DNA from: Macrostomum lignano
Taxonomy: Eukaryota
Direction: 5' to 3'
NCBI GenBank assembly: GCA_002269645.1
Contig: NIVC01000006.1
Location: 62,001 to 126,000 of the forward strand
DNA: 64,000 nt
This document shows, piece after piece, positions 56,823 through 64,000 of the stretch; positions within the stretch are counted from its first letter, which is position 1; each line of letters begins with the position of its first letter. The notes beneath the pieces were generated by a model, which saw only the letters and a list, made by a program, of their open reading frames with translations, did no database searches and was not told where the DNA came from. A program made the translations under genes and the position numbers.

Positions 56823-59800
56823 TTGAGTTCGGTTTGAGTTATGATAATCGCTTAGTGTCTGGGTGAAGTCCTGCATGTCAATTTTCAGCGACAGAGAGCA
56901 AGCAGAAGTACTCGAAATCGAATATCAATCTAATGCATTGTGGAGATAGGAACATCAGTTTTTCTCGAATAGTTCTCGAGCATGAAGCCTTGAGTTCGGT
57001 TTGAGTTATGATAATCGCTTAGTGTCTGGGTGAAGTCCTGCATGTCAATTTTCAGCGACAGAGAGCAAGCAGAAGTACTCGAAATCGAATATCAATCTAA
57101 TGCATTGTGGAGATAGGAACATCAGTTTTTCTCGAATAGTTCTCGAGCATGAAGCTTTGAGTTCGGTTTGAGTTATGATAATCGCTTAGTGTCTGGGTGA
57201 AGTCCTGCATGTCAATTTTCAGCGACAGAGAGCAAGCAGAAGTACTCGAAATCGAATATCAATCTAATGCATTGTGGAGATAGGAACATCAGTTTTTCTC
57301 GAATAGTTCTCGAGCATGAAGCCTTGAGTTCGGTTTGAGTTATGATAATCGCTTAGTGTCTGGGTGAAGTCCTGCATGTCAATTTTCAGCGACAGAGAGC
57401 AAGCAGAAGTACTCGAAATCGAATATCAATCTAATGCATTGTGGAGATAGGAACATCAGTTTTTCTCGAATAGTTCTCGAGCATGAAGCCTTGAGTTCGG
57501 TTTGAGTTATGATAATCGCTTAGTGTCTGGGTGAAGTCCTGCATGTCAATTTTCAGCGACAGAGAGCAAGAAGAAGTACTCGAAATCGAATATCAATCTA
57601 ATGCATTGTGGAGATAGGAACATCAGTTTTTCTCGAATAGTTCTCGAGCATGAAGCCTTGAGTTCGGTTTGAGTTATGATAATCGCTTAGTGTCTGGGTG
57701 AAGTCCTGCATGTCAATTTTCAGCGACAGAGAGCAAGCAGAAGTACTCGAAATCGAATATCAATCTAATGCATTGTGGAGATAGGAACATCAGTTTTTCT
57801 CGAATAGTTCTCGAGCATGAAGCTTTGAGTTCGGTTTGAGTTATGATAATCGCTTAGTGTCTGGGTGAAGTCCTGCATGTCAATTTTCAGCGACAGAGAG
57901 CAAGCAGAAGTACTCGAAATCGAATATCAATCTAATGCATTGTGGAGATAGGAACATCAGTTTTTCTCGAATAGTTCTCGAGCATGAAGCTTTGAGTTCG
58001 GTTTGAGTTATGATAATCGCTTAGTGTCTGGGTGAAGTCCTGCATGTCAATTTTCAGCGACAGAGAGCAAGCAGAAGTACTCGAAATCGAATATCAATCT
58101 AATGCATTGTGGAGATAGGAACATCAGTTTTTCTCGAATAGTTCTCGAGCATGAAGCTTTGAGTTCGGTTTGAGTTATGATAATCGCTTAGTGTCTGGGT
58201 GAAGTCCTGCATGTCAATTTTCAGCGACAGAGAGCAAGCAGAAGTACTCGAAATCGAATATCAATCTAATGCATTGTGGAGATAGGAACATCAGTTTTTC
58301 TCGAATAGTTCTCGAGCATGAAGCTTTGAGTTCGGTTTGAGTTATGATAATCGCTTAGTGTCTGGGTGAAGTCCTGCATGTCAATTTTCAGCGACAGAGA
58401 GCAAGCAGAAGTACTCGAAATCGAATATCAATCTAATGCATTGTGGAGATAGGAACATCAGTTTTTCTCGAATAGTTCTCGAGCAAGAAGCTTTGAGTTC
58501 GGTTTGAGTTATGATAATCGCTTAGTGTCTGGGTGAAGTCCTGCATGTCAATTTTCAGCGACAGAGAGCAAGCAGAAGTACTCGAAATCGAATATCAATC
58601 TAATGCATTGTGGAGATAGGAACATCAGTTTTTCTCGAATAGTTCTCGAGCAAGAAGCTTTGAGTTCGGTTTGAGTTATGATAATCGCTTAGTGTCTGGG
58701 TGAAGTCCTGCATGTCAATTTTCAGCGACAGAGAGCAAGCAGAAGTACTCGAAATCGAATATCAATCTAATGCATTGTGGAGATAGGAACATCAGTTTTT
58801 CTCGAATAGTTCTCGAGCATGAAGCTTTGAGTTCGGTTTGAGTTATGATAATCGCTTAGTGTCTGGGTGAAGTCCTGCATGTCAATTTTCAGCGACAGAG
58901 AGCAAGCAGAAGTACTCGAAATCAAATATCAATCTAATGCATTGTGGAGATAGGAACATCAGTTTTTCTCGAATAGTTCTCGAGCATGAAGCTTTGAGTT
59001 CGGTTTGAGTTATGATAATCGCTTAGTGTCTGGGTGAAGTCCTGCATGTCAATTTTCAGCGACAGAGAGCAAGCAGAAGTACTCGAAATCGAATATCAAT
59101 CTAATGCATTGTGGAGATAGGAACATCAGTTTTTCTCGAATAGTTCTCGAGCATGAAGCTTTGAGTTCGGTTTGAGTTATGATAATCGCTTAGTGTCTGG
59201 GTGAAGTCCTGCATGTCAATTTTCAGCGACAGAGAGCAAGCAGAAGTACTCGAAATCGAATATCAATCTAATGCATTGTGGAGATAGGAACATCAGTTTT
59301 TCTCGAATAGTTCTCGAGCATGAAGCTTTGAGTTCGGTTTGAGTTATGATAATCGCTTAGTGTCTGGGTGAAGTCCTGCATGTCAATTTTCAGCGACAGA
59401 GAGCAAGCAGAAGTACTCGAAATCGAATATCAATCTAATGCATTGTGGAGATAGGAACATCAGTTTTTCTCGAATAGTTCTCGAGCATGAAGCTTTGAGT
59501 TCGGTTTGAGTTATGATAATCGCTTAGTGTCTGGGTGAAGTCCTGCATGTCAATTTTCAGCGACAGAGAGCAAGCAGAAGTACTCGAAATCGAATATCAA
59601 TCTAATGCATTGTGGAGATAGGAACATCAGTTTTTCTCGAATAGTTCTCGAGCATGAAGCTTTGAGTTCGGTTTGAGTTATGATAATCGCTTAGTGTCTG
59701 GGTGAAGTCCTGCATGTCAATTTTCAGCGACAGAGAGCAAGCAGAAGTACTCGAAATCGAATATCAATCTAATGCATTGTGGAGATAGGAACATCAGTTT

Positions 59801-60971
59801 TTCTCGAATAGTTCTCGAGCAAGAAGCTTTGAGTTCGGTTTGAGTTATGATAATCGCTTAGTGTCTGGGTGAAGTCCTGCATGTCAATTTTCAGCGACAG
59901 AGAGCAAGCAGAAGTACTCGAAATCGAATATCAATCTAATGCATTGTGGAGATAGGAACATCAGTTTTTCTCGAATAGTTCTCGAGCAAGAAGCTTTGAG
60001 TTCGGTTTGAGTTATGATAATCGCTTAGTGTCTGGGTGAAGTCCTGCATGTCAATTTTCAGCGACAGAGAGCAAGCAGAAGTACTCGAAATCGAATATCA
60101 ATCTAATGCATTGTGGAGATAGGAACATCAGTTTTTCTCGAATAGTTCTCGAGCATGAAGCTTTGAGTTCGGTTTGAGTTATGATAATCGCTTAGTGTCT
60201 GGGTGAAGTCCTGCATGTCAATTTTCAGCGACAGAGAGCAAGCAGAAGTACTCGAAATCAAATATCAATCTAATGCATTGTGGAGATAGGAACATCAGTT
60301 TTTCTCGAATAGTTCTCGAGCATGAAGCTTTGAGTTCGGTTTGAGTTATGATAATCGCTTAGTGTCTGGGTGAAGTCCTGCATGTCAATTTTCAGCGACA
60401 GAGAGCAAGCAGAAGTACTCGAAATCGAATATCAATCTAATGCATTGTGGAGATAGGAACATCAGTTTTTCTCGAATAGTTCTCGAGCATGAAGCTTTGA
60501 GTTCGGTTTGAGTTATGATAATCGCTTAGTGTCTGGGTGAAGTCCTGCATGTCAATTTTCAGCGACAGAGAGCAAGCAGAAGTACTCGAAATCGAATATC
60601 AATCTAATGCATTGTGGAGATAGGAACATCAGTTTTTCTCGAATAGTTCTCGAGCATGAAGCTTTGAGTTCGGTTTGAGTTATGATAATCGCTTAGTGTC
60701 TGGGTGAAGTCCTGCATGTCAATTTTCAGCGACAGAGAGCAAGCAGAAGTACTCGAAATCGAATATCAATCTAATGCATTGTGGAGATAGGAACATCAGT
60801 TTTTCTCGAATAGTTCTCGAGCATGAAGCTTTGAGTTCGGTTTGAGTTATGATAATCGCTTAGTGTCTGGGTGAAGTCCTGCATGTCAATTTTCAGCGAC
60901 AGAGAGCAAGCAGAAGTACTCGAAATCGAATATCAATCTAATGCATTGTGGAGATAGGAACATCAGTTTTT
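56803..60971 (-). repeat. 167-bp satellite array, right arm (~25 copies), reverse complement of the left arm
   Basis: Direct repetition in inverted orientation. Confidence 0.97.
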
Positions 60972-61506
60972 GCAAATTGTAAAAATTCCTTTCTATCTGT
61001 AGCCGTAATTTTTTCAAGTCGGTTTATCTCGTGGGTGATGTTTTTTCTGTAAAAAATCATAGCGTTTGGTGCTTTAAAAGCAAAGATTTTTGTTATTTCC
61101 GAATATCGATCTTGAATATCGCTCGGGGAATCCCTGCATCCGTTTTAGCCTGTCTGTAACTGCATCCAGCTGTGGATGTCTTTAGATAAACTGGATAAAA
61201 TCTATCTATAGACAATTTCGATGATTGTTTTTTAATTTATTTATTTATTTCAGCTCATTAGGCCTACTTAACCCCTAACTTAGCCTCTAGATCTAGCCCC
61301 CTAGTCTAGGGGCCAGGCCACTAGGTCTAATTTAAAGGATATGCTGCATGCATAGTCATAGACATAGGGGCGATCCTACAGTTTTCCACTTTTAATTATT
61401 TTTTGGCTTTTTTGAAAAATTATGGCATAGCTAGAATAAGAAATGAAAATAAACTTATATAATAGTCACAACAGTTAACTCATAGCGATAGCTCATTTTA
61501 GCTCAG

Positions 61507-61736
61507 TTAGCTCATACTCATAGCAATGTTGCAGTTCTTGCACTGCAAAGAGTTCCAGATTAGCCCATAACGACTGAGCCAGCACATTGCCAATTGTGTG
61601 TCTGGTATCAGCAGTACCAGCTCCTGATGATTGACATCCAGGGGGATTCCAGGGCAGCCATTCCAGTCAATGCATCGGCAGGTTCAATTTCTGCAGGTGG
61701 GATGATTGTCGTTGGTGCAGGTGGACAACCGGCCAT
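61507..61736 (-). pseudogene. Possible N-terminal remnant of a Merlin/IS1595 (ISXO2)-like transposase
   Basis: Frame reads DTQLAMCWLSRYGLIWNSLQCKNCNIAMSM, resembling the GL(L/I)..CxxC..M N-terminus of these transposases. Frameshifted, no DDE domain seen. Confidence 0.35.
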
Positions 61737-61913
61737 TGCAGCTTAGCTGAAATGCAGAAAAAAGCCGAAAAATAATTAAAAGTGGAAAACTGTAGGATTG
61801 CCAAGTAGCCAACATAGGGTCTATTATATAGGCCTAATTTATTCCTAATATAAATGACTAGGAATACTTTTGTTTGGCATCAATCTACAACTTAATGCTT
61901 GTACTAACATAAG

Positions 61914-63471
61914 CAGTATTGGGCACCAGTCCATTAATAAGCATTAAGATTTTTCATTAACATTGACAGACTGCTAGTATGATTTTTTTGCACTAGGCCT
62001 AATGGATTAACAAATTTGCATTAATAAATTTGTGAGTTAACAACAAATTCTCTGTTATAGTTAATTTTAATGACAATGTCAATGACAAGATGCAAAGAAA
62101 GAACAAAAATATAATTTTGACATTATAAATTTTTATGAATTTACCTAAAAGCCTAATTAATATCTTAATTATAACAATAATCATACAAATGTATCAACTT
62201 CTTACTAATGAACTTTAATTATTATAAATTAAAATTGTAAACTTTATTGCTTATATCTGAGCATCATTAATCCATTCTTTCCTAATCTTTTGTAACTTTT
62301 TGCTATGCTTGCCAATGGCAATGCTATTGAAATGTCCTTAATTCATAATTTATGATTAGCTAATTAGCTTTCAAGTTTCTAATATATAAACAAGTTACTT
62401 CTTTTACTATATGCTTACTTTTAATAGTATTATTGTAATTTGTATTACTTTTTTAGCTTATAAATTAAGTGTTCCGCTGTAGCCATAGCTATGCCTATGG
62501 GATCCTATGGCAAATATGGTAGAATAGATGCCTATGGCAGCTATGGATACACCTATGGTAGCTAGCTACTCTTATGGCTACGACTATGGAAATATGATAG
62601 TTGCTGTCACATTCCATAGATTCCTTTAGCCATAGTTATTAATTTAAAAAAATATAAAAAATATTAGAAACAGGTAGAGTAAAATGGGTAATGGTCATTT
62701 CGTCAACTGGCGTTTTGTCAACTCGGTTGATGAAGTGACCAAAGTGTTAGGGTGACTTTAAAGATTTTCAAAGGTACTTTAGTAAACTATATTATCAACT
62801 TAGAAACTTATAGAATATACCTAATAAAGTACAATAAAACACTAGCAAACTCTAATTTTTTTAATGTGAAAAAGTTTAGCATTAGTACTTTCAGTAGCAA
62901 TTAAGTATTGTTGCTCTGTAAAAAGATGAAATATAATCTTACAAAGGCAATTGGGTGTTTCATTTATTTTCTAAATTCATTTATAGTTGTTTAAGCACCA
63001 GGTTATCTTGATAAAAAAATATTTTGTTTTCTAGACTTTTTGTTTATACTATGGCTATGGCTATGGGAACTATGGGAATATGATAATATTGGGATCCCTA
63101 TCGCTACAGATTATAGAGAATTGGAATAAGCCATAGTTTTGCTTATGGCTATAGCTACGGTGCATAGACCCTCCTTACAGTGGAATACTATTGTAAATCC
63201 CTTAGATGACCTCTGTTTTTTTGCTAAAAGGTAGAAAGCAATTAATAAAAAAGCAGTGTATTAATGAAGTCTTCTGTATGTTACTTTGTGTTTACTGTGT
63301 GTTTTATATATTAGGCCTACTTTAATAGATTAATGCTTATTAATGATTATCAGTTAATTTTCAGTTAACTTAACAAAATTAAAAGTTAATAAGTTAAGAT
63401 TATTTTGTTTTAATGCTAACACTTTTGCCATTAATGGAAGTTAAGATTTTCATTAATGGTGCCCAACACTG
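61914..63471. mobile_element. Old non-autonomous hAT-like element (1558 bp), TIR CAGT(A/G)TTGGGCACC
   Basis: TIRs at 61914-61927 and 63458-63471; degenerate 8-bp TSD AACATAAG/GATATAAG (6/8); subterminal CATTAAT repeats. Confidence 0.6.
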
Positions 63472-64000
63472 GATATAAGGCTAGCAGCCCTTAGGGTCTA
63501 AGCCCTAATGGTTAGTAGAGTTGGTAGCAATCAATGAGAGAATCACCCCTTTCTATATGATTGATATCTACTCTATATTAACTAGGTATGTATATCCCTT
63601 GTAGCTAAAGCCTAAATGGAAAGCTAAAACATTAGATATGCCTAAAAAGCTTAACAACTTAAATTTGAATGATAATTAAATCATAGGCGTATAATAATTA
63701 CTTAAAGTAAGAACCTTGAGGACTATAGAAGTGGGTATAAAAGGGTTCTATGTAAACATGGGTCAACATAAATGATTGAGTCCAAGAATAACAGTAAATT
63801 TAAAAATAGCTTTTAAAAGTTTGCTTTAATGATATAAAAACCCTAATAAGTGTTGGCAGGAAGCTTTACAAGGAATAAAATTGCTTGAGTGTAGGCTATG
63901 TATGGCATATAAGAAAAAATAGAAGAAAATGGGAGAAAAAAGAAGACCATTTGTATGTAAAGTAAATAAATTAATAGTAGGCCCTATAAATATAATGAAT

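Larger units (their letters stand above)
53483..61139. mobile_element. 7.66-kb foldback-type DNA transposon (probable Mutator-like) with satellite-containing inverted arms and Ulp1-PHD cargo
   Basis: ~170-bp near-perfect terminal inverted repeats (ATGCAGGGATTCCCCGAGCG...), each followed by an inverted 167-bp array. TSD CCGTTTTAG at 53474-53482 and 61140-61148 (a 7-bp reading is also possible). No transposase seen. Confidence 0.9.

Noticed and set aside
53652-60971. CRISPR array or tandem tRNA/5S/SL RNA genes
   Set aside because: Units are identical end to end with no unique spacers, the context is eukaryotic, and no A/B box, cloverleaf or Sm-site structure was recognised.

Overview
Eukaryotic (animal) genomic DNA with GC-rich, low-complexity exons and introns filled by minisatellites. 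This architecture suggests a Macrostomum-like flatworm, which is an inference. Two spliced genes were reconstructed by hand, head-to-head, with every GT-AG junction in phase. The first is a 13-exon Mieap/SPATA18 homolog on the minus strand (18961->8857, 698 aa). The second is a 17-exon KMT2C/D (MLL3/4, Trr+Lpt unsplit) H3K4 methyltransferase on the plus strand (22245->47330, 4271 aa). The left end has a Cys/Pro-repeat protein exon and poorly resolved low-complexity exons. The right 15 kb is a transposon cluster: a 1.27-kb foldback element (10-bp TSD), a truncated LINE RT, MITEs, an old hAT-like element and a 7.66-kb foldback-type element. That large element has a 9-bp TSD and arms that are inverted arrays of a 167-bp satellite. 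Its core holds a spliced Ulp1-protease/PHD pseudogene and a variant-for-variant copy of a minisatellite from KMT2 intron 11. Most long ORFs in the supplied track are translation artefacts of tandem repeats. All homology calls come from motif recognition by eye; no searches were run.
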